47,204 bases of DNA from Candidatus Woesearchaeota archaeon. Its GTDB lineage: Archaea; Nanobdellota; Nanobdellia; Pacearchaeales; GW2011-AR1. Below, piece after piece: positions 1 through 9,188 of the stretch. The DNA lies in assembly GCA_964544395.1 (NCBI GenBank), contig CAZJAO010000004.1:1-47204 (forward strand), written 5' to 3'. The notes below the pieces were generated by a model. That model was not told the DNA's origin. It made no database searches and worked only from the letters and a program-made list of their open reading frames with translations. The translations under genes were made by a program, and so were the position numbers. The stretch's first letter is position 1. Each line of letters begins with the position of its first letter.

Positions 1-278
1 ATCTGTTGGTTTGCCTGTTGGTTTGCCTGTTGGTCTGTTGGAACCCCTTCATTTCCAGTGGAAAAAGGTATATTTTGGGGTTTTAAGGACTTAAGGGGAG
101 ATGTATCTGTTGGACTTGCATTAATTTCTGCGGGTATTTGAGGGTTATGTGTTGGAATCTCTTTAAGATTTAATTTATCATTTACCCTCTTAATCTCTTG
201 ATTTAAAGAAAAAATCTCACTTCTCAATAGGTCTATATCTTCTTTTATTTTTCTAAAAGCTTCCTTAAGAGGATCCAT
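1..278 (-). CDS. Hypothetical origin-proximal protein, N-terminal part; runs off the left edge and is not in the ORF track
   Basis: ATG at 278 opens a stop-free frame to base 1: MDPLKEAFRKIKEDIDLLRSEIFSLNQEIKRVNDKLNLKE...FSTGNEGVPTDQQANQQANQQ; coiled-coil-like N-terminus followed by a low-complexity linker. Confidence 0.75.
   Translation of the reverse strand, partial: MDPLKEAFRKIKEDIDLLRSEIFSLNQEIKRVNDKLNLKEIPTHNPQIPAEINASPTDTSPLKSLKPQNIPFSTGNEGVPTDQQANQQANQQ
3..34 (+). repeat. 12-bp coding tandem repeat (CTGTTGGTTTGC x2 plus partial)
   Basis: Read directly; encodes QQAN repeats on the minus strand. Confidence 0.85.
44..63 (-). promoter_or_regulatory. ORB-like Orc1/Cdc6 binding box inside a coding sequence
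   Basis: Minus strand TTCCACTGGAAATGAAGGGG: archaeal ORB core plus G-string; 16/20 identical to the origin box at 1490-1509. Confidence 0.6.
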
Positions 279-312
279 CTAAGAAGAATCGATTAATAGT
301 ATAAAAATTTAA

Positions 313-585
313 TTAAGATGAAGTATGTTTTTTGTAAGCAGCATAGGCCTTATCACTTAATTTCCACCTAGCTCTTTTTTTATATGAAATTCCTTGGGGA
401 TTTTTATTCACTTCAGATATTAGTCCCTTATTTTTCAAATCTAATAAAAGTTCCTTGACAAATTCTTCATCTCGAGCAATTTCTTTAGCAATGTGGTAGG
501 TAAATAGCAACCTTGGAGAATTTTGGAATAATAAAGCTAAAATTTGTTCAGAAATCTTATCCCTCTTTTCTTTAGATATCTTCAT
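313..585 (-). CDS. Small winged-helix-like DNA-binding protein
   Basis: 90 aa, basic; helix-turn-helix-like IAKEIARDEEFVKELLLDLKNKGLI followed by a beta-wing ending RARWKLS. Confidence 0.55.
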   Translation of the reverse strand: MKISKEKRDKISEQILALLFQNSPRLLFTYHIAKEIARDEEFVKELLLDLKNKGLISEVNKNPQGISYKKRARWKLSDKAYAAYKKHTSS

Positions 586-623
586 AATAAAAAAGAGGTT
601 TATTGATTTTAAAAGTCTATTCG

Positions 624-1055
624 TTAATTTGTACTCTTCATGTCTTCTTTTTGGATTGAAGGCATCGGAATATGAAGGGGTAAATTCATTTCATCCTCTA
701 ATTCAAGAGCCTTTAAATTGGACTTTCTTAAGATAATATTAAAGACAAATACCCTAAAATCTTCTGGCATTTCCTTCTTATCTTTCCAGGATTTAAGAAT
801 TTCTTTGGCTAATTTAGGTTCAATTTCGAGAATTATGTTCCCTGAAAACACCAATTTAGCAAAATCAGGATCATAACTTACAACATAAGTAAATTGAACT
901 GCCACAAGCTCCTCTTTAGATTTTAGGATGTCTACAGGCTTAACCGAGCTTATTTCAGATATATCTATATTAGCATTAACTTTTACACCTTCAAGATCAT
1001 TAGAAGGCAATTTTTCTATGCTTATTTTTTTATAATTAAAACCGATTGCTCTCAT
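624..1055 (-). CDS. Conserved archaeal hypothetical protein, possible SecB-like beta-sheet/helix fold
   Basis: 143 aa; alternating beta-strand pattern (GFNYKKISIEK, VAVQFTYVVSY, LVFSGNIILE) then helices and a C-terminal LPLHIPMP. Confidence 0.4.
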   Translation of the reverse strand: MRAIGFNYKKISIEKLPSNDLEGVKVNANIDISEISSVKPVDILKSKEELVAVQFTYVVSYDPDFAKLVFSGNIILEIEPKLAKEILKSWKDKKEMPEDFRVFVFNIILRKSNLKALELEDEMNLPLHIPMPSIQKEDMKSTN

Positions 1056-1118
1056 GATAAATAGTAATAATGATGTTTTTTAAAGTTTTGGATAGTCGTT
1101 TAGATGAAAAAAAGGACT

Positions 1119-1376
1119 TTAAACGAGATCTTCTTCAGAAACAATTACAAAATCGCCTATTGCAATTATAGAGTTATAAGGAATGAGTAAATCACTATTA
1201 TTTGCTCTTTCTAAGTTTAAATTCCTTACATAAGGTGTAGAATCCTTAACAACGACGTTAATAAGCTCACCAGATCTTGTTTCGAAGGTTATATCCTTAA
1301 CAAATCCTAATCTTTTACCTTCCTTTGTAACAATCATCTTGCCGACAATAGTTCCAAAAGGATTTTTTTCTTGCAT
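1119..1376 (-). CDS. PRC-barrel domain protein
   Basis: GKMIVTKEGKRLGFVKDITFE...G and LLIPYNSIIAIGDFVIV are PRC-barrel signatures. Confidence 0.85.
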   Translation of the reverse strand: MQEKNPFGTIVGKMIVTKEGKRLGFVKDITFETRSGELINVVVKDSTPYVRNLNLERANNSDLLIPYNSIIAIGDFVIVSEEDLV

Positions 1377-1489
1377 GAGGAAATTAAAAGTAAATAATAT
1401 ATAAACTTTTCTATGAAATAATGTATATTTCTTTAGAATGAAAGAACTCTTTTCTTATTCTTATAAAGTTCTATCCATTGGGACTCCCA

Positions 1490-1509
1490 CCCCCTCATTT
1501 CTAATAGAA
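1490..1509 (-). promoter_or_regulatory. ORB-like box with G-string (left of DUE)
   Basis: Minus strand TTCTATTAGAAATGAGGGGG. Confidence 0.7.
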
Positions 1510-1510
1510 G

Positions 1511-1658
1511 TATTTAAAAAAGAAAAATTGATTTTATTATTATATTATTTATTTAAAAAAATATATATTATATAGTATATATATTATTGATTAAATTATA
1601 AAATTATTATAATTAATTATTAACTTTAGAATTTTAAATTATTTTATTAAAATTATTT
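1511..1658. other. AT-rich duplex-unwinding element (DUE)
   Basis: About 150 bp almost entirely A/T, including TA dinucleotide runs at 1561-1583, lying between inverted ORBs. Confidence 0.75.
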
Positions 1659-1671
1659 TTCCATTAGAAAC
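1659..1671 (+). promoter_or_regulatory. ORB core (right of DUE)
   Basis: TTCCATTAGAAAC. Confidence 0.65.
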
Positions 1672-1756
1672 ACTGGTGTTTTTCTTTTATAGTAGTTATA
1701 ATCCTTTATATAATTGATTTAATCTTTCACGTATATAAAATGAAATTAAATAATGT

Positions 1757-1776
1757 TTCCATTGGAAATAAGAGTG
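1757..1776 (+). promoter_or_regulatory. ORB-like box immediately upstream of the cdc6 start
   Basis: TTCCATTGGAAATAAGAGTG, ending 6 bp before the ATG at 1783 and downstream of a TATATAAA box at 1732-1739. Confidence 0.7.
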
Positions 1777-1782
1777 TGACAG

Positions 1783-3012
1783 ATGTCCTTAGAATTAGAT
1801 AAAATTTTTGAATCTTTCGATAAGAACACTATCTTCAAAGATAAAACTTATTTGCAAAATAATTATCAACCTGAAGAAATACCTCATAGGGAAGAACAAA
1901 TAAAACAAATAGCATCTATTCTTGCTCCAGTATTAAGAGGCGAAAAGAGCAGCAACCTATTTCTTTATGGTAAAACGGGTACAGGAAAAACTCTTTCTAT
2001 TCAATTTGTTAGTGATGAATTACTAAAGAGGTTTACAAGAAATGGAGATTTTAAGTTAAGAATTGAATATCTAAATTGCAAATTAAGGAAGGTGTCTGAT
2101 ACAGAATATCGAATTTTAGCAGAATTAATAAAAAAATTAGGTGGAGAAGTTCCCGATACGGGTTTACCTACAGAAGCAGTTTATAATCGATTCATAAAGA
2201 TTATAGACTCTGAGAAACAACTTCTGGTTTTAGTATTAGATGAGATTGATCAAGCTGTCAAGAAAATTTCAAGCGATTTTCTATATAATCTGACAAGGTT
2301 AAACTCGGAACTTTCAAAGACACAAATTTGTGTTGTAGGAATCAGCAATAATCTAACTTTTTTAGATGAATTAGATCCAAGAGTAAGAAGTTCACTTTCT
2401 GAGGAAGAAATAATCTTTCCACCCTATAATGCCCTACAATTACAGGATATTTTGAAGAAGAGAGCCGAATTTGCATTTAAGGATGAAGTTTTACAGGATG
2501 GCGTTATCGCTAAATGTGCAGCTTATGCTGCTAGAGAGCATGGAGATGCCAGAAGAGCGTTAGATTTGCTGAGAGTGGCTGGAGAATTGGCTGAAAGAGA
2601 AAATTCCAACAAAATTTTGTTAAAACATATAGATGAAGCAAATAATAAGATTGAAAAAGATAAAATTTTAGATGTTATAACTTCTGAACCAAAACAATTC
2701 CAGTATGTTTTACATTCTATTATCCAATTGACAGAGCAGAGAAAAAATTCAGGAAATAAGTCTTCTGAACCTCTCTTTACGGGAGATGTTTATAATTATT
2801 ACAAAGATTGTGTAAAAAATAAGTTAGAAGTTTTGACTCAGAGAAGAGTTAGCGACATAATTCAAGAATTTGACATGCTCGGAATCATAAATGTAAGGGT
2901 TATTTCAAAAGGAAGGGGGGGGAGGATGAGAGAAATCAAACTTGCAATAACTAACGAAATTATAGCCAAGGCAAAAGAGATTATTCGAGAATCGCTTCAA
3001 TTTTTATATTAA
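1783..3012 (+). CDS. cdc6: Orc1/Cdc6 replication initiator
   Basis: Walker A GKTGTGKT, Walker B VLDEID, GDARRALDLLR sensor-2, C-terminal winged helix (SKGRGGRMR). Confidence 0.97.
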   Translation: MSLELDKIFESFDKNTIFKDKTYLQNNYQPEEIPHREEQIKQIASILAPVLRGEKSSNLFLYGKTGTGKTLSIQFVSDELLKRFTRNGDFKLRIEYLNCKLRKVSDTEYRILAELIKKLGGEVPDTGLPTEAVYNRFIKIIDSEKQLLVLVLDEIDQAVKKISSDFLYNLTRLNSELSKTQICVVGISNNLTFLDELDPRVRSSLSEEEIIFPPYNALQLQDILKKRAEFAFKDEVLQDGVIAKCAAYAAREHGDARRALDLLRVAGELAERENSNKILLKHIDEANNKIEKDKILDVITSEPKQFQYVLHSIIQLTEQRKNSGNKSSEPLFTGDVYNYYKDCVKNKLEVLTQRRVSDIIQEFDMLGIINVRVISKGRGGRMREIKLAITNEIIAKAKEIIRESLQFLY

Positions 3013-3014
3013 AA

Positions 3015-4577
3015 ATGGACCAAAAAGAAATTTTGAACTTTTGTTTAGATCGTGGAATTTTATTAGATAAGGAGGTTCTTAATTTGATTAGCGAAGCAAC
3101 CGATTTTGATGCAGCTAGATTAATGATAGAACAAATTAAAGAAAATACCCATCAAAAAGTTATAACTAAGAAAGTTTTTACTGAAAGCATAAAACAGTTT
3201 GGTTCTCCAAGTACTCTAGATGATAAACAAAAGAGCTTTGAAAAACTAAGAATTCGGCTTGGATTGGAATTGGAAATATCCAAAGAGATTTCTACACCTG
3301 AAACTAAGACTGAAATAAAAGAAGAGAAGAAACTTTTAGGAGTTAAAGTTACCTCCTTCCCTACAAATTCAAATAAAAAGGTGGATGTTGACAGTTTTAC
3401 AAATTACTTTCGTAACAGACTTTCTAAAATGAAAACTATTTTACAAACCCATTCTAATTTGAAAAATCTTGTATCAATAAATAAGATTTCCGGAGACCGG
3501 CAGGGGATTTCAATAATTGGAATGGTTTCCGATAAGAGAGAAACAAAAAATGGAAATCTTCTACTATCTATTGAAGACTTAACTGGAACTGTGAGAGTTT
3601 TAATCAATCAAAATAAACCAGAACTATTCAAAAGAGCGGAAGAAATAACCCTTGATTCTGTTATTGGAGTTTCTGGTTCTGGAAATAAAGAAATAATATT
3701 TGCAAATGATTTTATTTTTCCGGATTCAACTTTGCCCGAAAGAAAAAAATCCCCTTTTGAAGAATATGCCTTATTCATTGGAGACATTCATTATGGAAGC
3801 AAATTATTTTTGAAAACCAGTTTCAATAAATTTATAGATTACCTTAATGGCAAAATCCCTAATACCCCTGAAGTTAGCAAAATAAAGTATTTATTTGTCA
3901 TAGGCGATATTGTTGCAGGAGTTGGAGTTTATCCGGAACAAGAAAGTTATCTTGATGTTGTAAATTTAGAAGATCAATATAAGGGAATTTCTGAATTGTT
4001 TGGCAAAATAAGGAAAGATATTACTATAATAATTAATCCTGGAAATCATGATGGTGTAAGACTTATGGAACCGCAACCTCTTTTTGACAAAAAATATGCA
4101 TGGCCGCTTTATGATTTAGATAATGTAATGCTTGCAACAAATCCCTGCACGGTCAACATTGGGGGAAAAAATGGATTTTCTGGAATTGATGTCCTGATGT
4201 ATCATGGTTTTTCATATTTTTATTATGCAGATAATATTCCTTCACTTATCCAAGCCCGTGCAGCAAATGCTCCGGAGAAAATTATGACTTATCTTTTAAT
4301 GAACAGACACCTTGCTCCAACTCATTCTTCAAACCAATATTTTCCCCTTGATGAAGATCCTCTTGTAATAGACAAGGTCCCCGATATTTTCTTTTCGGGG
4401 CATACACACAAATGTGGAATAACTTTTTACAATAATACTTTAATTATCTCTGGAGCAACATGGGAAGACTTAACCCCTTTCCAAGAGAAAATGGGAAATC
4501 AACCAGACTTCTGTAAGGTTCCAATTGTAAATTTAAAGACGGGGGCAGTCAAGATTCTTGATTTTGAGGAAAGATAA
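3015..4577 (+). CDS. polD1: DNA polymerase D small subunit DP1 (proofreading exonuclease)
   Basis: OB-fold (IIGMVSDKRETKNG...IEDLTG) and calcineurin-like motifs GDIH, GD, PGNHD, HG, GHTH. Confidence 0.95.
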   Translation: MDQKEILNFCLDRGILLDKEVLNLISEATDFDAARLMIEQIKENTHQKVITKKVFTESIKQFGSPSTLDDKQKSFEKLRIRLGLELEISKEISTPETKTEIKEEKKLLGVKVTSFPTNSNKKVDVDSFTNYFRNRLSKMKTILQTHSNLKNLVSINKISGDRQGISIIGMVSDKRETKNGNLLLSIEDLTGTVRVLINQNKPELFKRAEEITLDSVIGVSGSGNKEIIFANDFIFPDSTLPERKKSPFEEYALFIGDIHYGSKLFLKTSFNKFIDYLNGKIPNTPEVSKIKYLFVIGDIVAGVGVYPEQESYLDVVNLEDQYKGISELFGKIRKDITIIINPGNHDGVRLMEPQPLFDKKYAWPLYDLDNVMLATNPCTVNIGGKNGFSGIDVLMYHGFSYFYYADNIPSLIQARAANAPEKIMTYLLMNRHLAPTHSSNQYFPLDEDPLVIDKVPDIFFSGHTHKCGITFYNNTLIISGATWEDLTPFQEKMGNQPDFCKVPIVNLKTGAVKILDFEER

Positions 4578-4578
4578 A

Positions 4579-5235
4579 ATGGGTATAAATCTATTAGTTA
4601 CGGATATGGATGGGACGGCTGTCCAGTATAACCATGGAGACTTTTCTTCAAGTTGGGATGCCTTAACAGAATTTCTTTCTGACGAAGAAAGAACGAAGTG
4701 GTTTTCTTTTGTAAAAGAATATTATGGAAAGAAAGATTATCATTCTTGGTTTCAAGCTCAAGTTAACATCCTAAAAGGGAAAAAATTGTCTGATGCTGAA
4801 GAAGTCTTATTTCCAATACCTTACTCTCCCGGATTTCAAGAATTTTTTGCAAATTCAAATGGATTGAAAAAAGCCATAATTTCCGCAGGAATTGATTTAG
4901 TTGCAAGAAGAATTGCAGATGATTTCCATTTTGATTACTGGATTGCACAAACCCTGGAAATTAAATCAGGATTATTTACCGGAAAAGGAGAAAGTAACGT
5001 TGATTATCAAAATAAATCTGATTTGTTAATCAATGCAGCTGCTCTATTTGGAATCCCCCTATCTAAAACTTGTTACATTGGTGATACTTCTGGGGACATC
5101 GGATGTCTTGAATTGGTTGGAGCTCCTATTGCATTTAACCCTCACCATGGACTTGAGGAATATGCCAAACAGAAAAAAATTCCCATGATTTCTGATTTTA
5201 GAGAATTAAATAAACTTTTGGAAAAGGTTGCATGA
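4579..5235 (+). CDS. HAD-superfamily phosphatase (SerB/HAD-IB-like)
   Basis: Motif I DMDGT, motif II ISAG, Lys in NKS, motif IV GDTSGD; ATG at 4579 preferred over the track's TTG start at 4558. Confidence 0.85.
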   Translation: MGINLLVTDMDGTAVQYNHGDFSSSWDALTEFLSDEERTKWFSFVKEYYGKKDYHSWFQAQVNILKGKKLSDAEEVLFPIPYSPGFQEFFANSNGLKKAIISAGIDLVARRIADDFHFDYWIAQTLEIKSGLFTGKGESNVDYQNKSDLLINAAALFGIPLSKTCYIGDTSGDIGCLELVGAPIAFNPHHGLEEYAKQKKIPMISDFRELNKLLEKVA

Positions 5236-8200
5236 GCACATTACAATATTTCAAGGATTTTGAAAAAGAGATAAAGGAGGCTTATTCTGTTGCAGAAATT
5301 GCGAGAGAGAAGGGGTTAGACCCAATTAACAAAATTGAAAGTCCTCTTGCAAAAAACATGGCTGAAAAAGTTGTAGGATTGATATCTACAATTTATCCGC
5401 AGATGGAAGGTTCGGGGATTGCAAAAAGAATTCTGGAATTAGAAAAAGATTATGGAAAGCTGGATGTTGCTGTTGCATTCAAAATTGCCGAAGAAGTTTC
5501 TAAGCAGAAATTTTGCCAATTTTCTACTTTGCTTGAAGCCATTGAGGCTGGAATAAGAATAGGTTTTGCATATGCAACTCTTGGCGTAGTTTCTTCTCCT
5601 ATCGAAGGTTTCACAGGATTAAAACTTCTTAAAACGAAAGATGAAAAAGAATATTTTGCAGCTTATTTTTCCGGACCAATAAGGAGTGCCGGAACGACTG
5701 CTTCCTGTGTTGTGCTAATGTTAATTGATTATTTAAGGGAGTTATTTGGCTATGCTAAATATGATCCCACTGAAGGAGAAGTAAAAAGATATGTAACCGA
5801 AAATCATGATTATCATGAACGTATTTCAAATCTTCAATATATGCCTACTGACGAGGAGATAGAATTTCTCGCTAAAAATTTGCCAATACAAATTGCAGGA
5901 GAACCTACTGAAAGCAAGGAAGTTTCAAATTACAAGAATCTTCCAAGGGTTGATACAAATTTCATTCGTGGAGGAATGTGCCTGATTTTTTCAGAAGGAC
6001 TTGCACAAAAAGCTGCGAAGGGTTTCCGGCTTTTGAAAGGAGTCAAGAGTAAGGGTTTTGTTTCTACCGGATTTGATTTTTTGAAAGAGTATATTGAACT
6101 TCATGAAAAAAGAAATGCAATAGTAGAAGTAAAATCTGAAGATGACAAGAGGCCGACTTATATCAAAGATTTGGTTGCAGGAAGGCCTGTCTTTGGACAT
6201 CCTTCCAAAAGCGGCGGGTTTAGATTTAGATATGGGCGTGGAAGGGTAAGCGGTTTTTCAGCAGCATCAGTACACCCCGCTACAATGGCAATAACAGATA
6301 ATTTTATAGCAACGGGGACACAATTGAAAATAGAAAAGCCCACTAAAGGAATGGTTGCTACAGTTTGCGACAATATTGATGGCCCAATTGTTAAATTATT
6401 TGATGGCAGTGTGAAGAAATTAAATTCAACACAAGAAGCTAAGAAGATTTACAATAATGTTGAAGAAATAATTTATCTTGGAGATTTATTATTTCCTTTT
6501 AGTGATTTGGCAAATAGAAATGCTAATTTAATCAAACCCGGATATGTAGAAGAATGGTGGAAACTGGACCTAAGAGAGAAGAATCCTGAAATTGAAAAAA
6601 AGACAAACCCATTTACCTTAACTTTAGATGATGCTATTAAGATAAGCAAAGAAAATGATATTCCCCTTAATCCTAAATTTATCTTTTTTTGGAATCAGAT
6701 AACCAAAGATGAATTAATTGCATTAGCTGAATGGATAAAACGTTCAAGGGTAAGCAAGAAAATTATTTTTCCTTATGCAAAATCAGAGAGAGAAAGATTC
6801 CAAGCTGCAAAAAGAGCTCTTGAATTATTGGGTGCGGAACATGAGGTTACCCTTGAAAATGTGGTTTTAGATAAAGAGACGAGCAGAATCTTATTTTTGA
6901 ATCTTGGATTGAACTTAGAAATATTGAATAATGATGAGCTTTTACTAAAAGATGTACCCGAAGTTTTAGAATTAGAGTCTAGAATCCATTCATTCAGTTC
7001 TATGCCTCCTCTTCAAATTATTAATGAACTTTCCAAGCCTCTTATTATTAAAGACAAGGCAGGGGACTTTATTGGTTCAAGAATGGGCAGACCCGAAAAA
7101 GCTAAACTTAGAAAGTTGACTGGTAGTCCCAATATTTTATTTCCTGTGGGGAAAGAAGGCGGCAGATTAAGGAGTGTTTATGAAACGATGAATGTTGGAA
7201 GTATCAAAGCGGATTTTCCTTCTTGTTTTTGCGAAACCTGCAAGAATGAAACAATTTATCCTGTTTGTGAGAACTGCGGGAGCCGAACAAGGAAAATGTA
7301 TTATTGTCGTGAATGCGATGAAAAAAGATTTGTTCCCTGTGATATACATAAAAATTCGGTAACTTATTCTAACAAAATTCTGGATATTAAGAAGTATTTT
7401 CAAAAAGCCAAAGAGAGATTGAACTTAAAAGAAAATGAAAAACCGACTTTGATTAAAGGTGTGCGAGGATTATCTTCTTCGGGAAAACAAATTGAGAATC
7501 TTGCCAAGGGAATTCTCAGAGCAAAATCCAATTTGCAGGTAAATAAAGACGGGACAATCAGATTTGATGCAACTGAATTGCCGGTTGTTGCATTCAAGCC
7601 AAAAGAAATTTTTGTCAGTGTTAAAAAATTACGCGAACTGGGATATGATAAAGATGTTTACGGAAATGAACTTTTTAATGATGACCAAATTTTGGAGTTA
7701 ATGCCTCATGATATCCTTCTTCCATGTTCTCCGGATAGCACTGATGAAAAAGCGGACGATGTTTTCATAAGAATAACACAATTTATAGACGAATTACTTG
7801 TTAGATTTTACAAGCAGGATACTTTCTATAATGTGAAGACCAGAGAAGACTTAGTAGGTAAGCTGGGTGTTTGTATGGCCCCCCATAATTGTGCAGGCGT
7901 TATTTGTCGAATAATTGGATTTTCTCATGCACAGGGCTTATACGCTAGTCCTTATATGCATGCAGCCATTAGAAGAGACTGTGATGGTGATGAAGTTGCA
8001 GTTATGCTACTTCTTGATGTTTTGTTGAATTTTTCGAGAGAATTCCTTCCAAGCCATAGAGGCGGAACACAAGATGCCCCCTTGGTTTTAAACGGAAAAA
8101 TAAATGCCGGAGAAGTTGACGACCAAATTCTCGACTTTGAAATGGTCGAAAATTTTGAATACCCTCTTGCTTTATATCGTGCAGCTGAAGAAAGAAAACA

Positions 8201-8735
8201 TTCATCTGAAATTAAAATTCCTAATGTTAAGCTTGCATTAAAAGAGGATCGGGATCCTTTTGTCGGATTGAACTTTACACATGATACTACAAATTTCAAT
8301 GACGGAGTTTTATGTTCCTCTTATAAGCTCTTAGGAACTATGCAAGAAAAAGTCCAGCATCAAATGGGCTTGGTTGAGAAAATTAGGGCTGCAGATACTT
8401 CTGATACTGTAAGGTTGGTTATCGAAAGACATTTCATCAAAGATTTAAGAGGTAATCTTAGAAAATTTTCCACACAAACCTTTAGATGCGTTGCTTGCAA
8501 TGAAATAGTAAGGCGTCCGCCATTGACTGGTAGATGTCCAAAATGTCGTGGAAAATTAATCTTCACAGTTAATGAAGGGGGAATAAAGAAATATCTTGAT
8601 CCTGCATTAGACCTGGCTGAAAAATATCACCTCTCCCCTTATCTAAAGCAGAATCTTGAATTAGTTAAGAGATATGTTGATGCTGTTTTTGGAAGAGAAC
8701 CAGAGAAGCAGGAAAGTTTGAAGCAGTGGTTCTAA
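5232..8735 (+). CDS. polD2: DNA polymerase D large subunit DP2
   Basis: GPIRSAGTTA, catalytic RRDCDGDE, HRGGTQDAPL, C-terminal Zn finger CVAC...CPKC, PIP-box QESLKQWF; no intein. Confidence 0.97.
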   Translation: MSTLQYFKDFEKEIKEAYSVAEIAREKGLDPINKIESPLAKNMAEKVVGLISTIYPQMEGSGIAKRILELEKDYGKLDVAVAFKIAEEVSKQKFCQFSTLLEAIEAGIRIGFAYATLGVVSSPIEGFTGLKLLKTKDEKEYFAAYFSGPIRSAGTTASCVVLMLIDYLRELFGYAKYDPTEGEVKRYVTENHDYHERISNLQYMPTDEEIEFLAKNLPIQIAGEPTESKEVSNYKNLPRVDTNFIRGGMCLIFSEGLAQKAAKGFRLLKGVKSKGFVSTGFDFLKEYIELHEKRNAIVEVKSEDDKRPTYIKDLVAGRPVFGHPSKSGGFRFRYGRGRVSGFSAASVHPATMAITDNFIATGTQLKIEKPTKGMVATVCDNIDGPIVKLFDGSVKKLNSTQEAKKIYNNVEEIIYLGDLLFPFSDLANRNANLIKPGYVEEWWKLDLREKNPEIEKKTNPFTLTLDDAIKISKENDIPLNPKFIFFWNQITKDELIALAEWIKRSRVSKKIIFPYAKSERERFQAAKRALELLGAEHEVTLENVVLDKETSRILFLNLGLNLEILNNDELLLKDVPEVLELESRIHSFSSMPPLQIINELSKPLIIKDKAGDFIGSRMGRPEKAKLRKLTGSPNILFPVGKEGGRLRSVYETMNVGSIKADFPSCFCETCKNETIYPVCENCGSRTRKMYYCRECDEKRFVPCDIHKNSVTYSNKILDIKKYFQKAKERLNLKENEKPTLIKGVRGLSSSGKQIENLAKGILRAKSNLQVNKDGTIRFDATELPVVAFKPKEIFVSVKKLRELGYDKDVYGNELFNDDQILELMPHDILLPCSPDSTDEKADDVFIRITQFIDELLVRFYKQDTFYNVKTREDLVGKLGVCMAPHNCAGVICRIIGFSHAQGLYASPYMHAAIRRDCDGDEVAVMLLLDVLLNFSREFLPSHRGGTQDAPLVLNGKINAGEVDDQILDFEMVENFEYPLALYRAAEERKHSSEIKIPNVKLALKEDRDPFVGLNFTHDTTNFNDGVLCSSYKLLGTMQEKVQHQMGLVEKIRAADTSDTVRLVIERHFIKDLRGNLRKFSTQTFRCVACNEIVRRPPLTGRCPKCRGKLIFTVNEGGIKKYLDPALDLAEKYHLSPYLKQNLELVKRYVDAVFGREPEKQESLKQWF

Positions 8736-8744
8736 TCTTCTTGG

Positions 8745-8777
8745 AAAAATTTAAATTAAAAAAATAAAAAAAATAAA
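8745..8777 (-). terminator. Oligo(T) tract downstream of the 8787-9185 gene, putative archaeal terminator
   Basis: Minus strand TTTTATTTTTTTTATTTTTTTAATTT in the gap between convergent genes. Confidence 0.35.
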
Positions 8778-8786
8778 ATGGTTTCT

Positions 8787-9185
8787 TTATTTCTTCTTTC
8801 TGTGATGGTGCACGTGATGTGTTGCTTTTTTATGATGTACCTTCTTCTTTGCCGTACCGGAGATTCCAGATAAAGACACTCTGAAATTTTTTGGAGCCTG
8901 ACGCGAAGCAAATGATCTCGTCCTTGCAGCTATTCTGTTAAGGTTCTGGATATTTTTTCGGATATCCTTATTGAGTCTTTGAAGCTCCTTTCGAACTCGT
9001 GGCACTGATGCAGCAAGAGCCTTCTTCGATATCTTTCCCCCTTGATACCTCTTACGCTCCTTGCCAAAATCATTGATTGCAGTTTGTTTCTGGTCTTGTC
9101 TCGCTCTTATATTTTCAGCATAAGCAGTAAGATCTTTTGCAATCTTTTCAAATTCTGACTGGTTCATCTCTTTTTCAGTTGCCAT
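8787..9185 (-). CDS. Basic coiled-coil hypothetical protein with His/Lys-rich tail
   Basis: 132 aa; ends KKKVHHKKATHHVHHHRKKK; strong Shine-Dalgarno upstream. Confidence 0.75.
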   Translation of the reverse strand: MATEKEMNQSEFEKIAKDLTAYAENIRARQDQKQTAINDFGKERKRYQGGKISKKALAASVPRVRKELQRLNKDIRKNIQNLNRIAARTRSFASRQAPKNFRVSLSGISGTAKKKVHHKKATHHVHHHRKKK

Positions 9186-9188
9186 GTT

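Larger units (their letters stand above)
1377..1782. other. Replication origin (oriC) upstream of cdc6
   Basis: 406-bp non-coding gap next to cdc6 with oppositely oriented ORB-like boxes flanking a near-pure A/T tract. Confidence 0.85.

Noticed and set aside
3-34. Short direct repeats at the left edge as a CRISPR or iteron array
   Set aside because: The 12-bp units are contiguous with no spacers and are in frame within a coding sequence (QQAN repeats); no cas genes in the window
1783-8735. Inteins in Cdc6, DP1 or DP2 (also checked RadA)
   Set aside because: Protein lengths are normal and there are no Cys/Ser...His-Asn splice junction blocks or LAGLIDADG motifs
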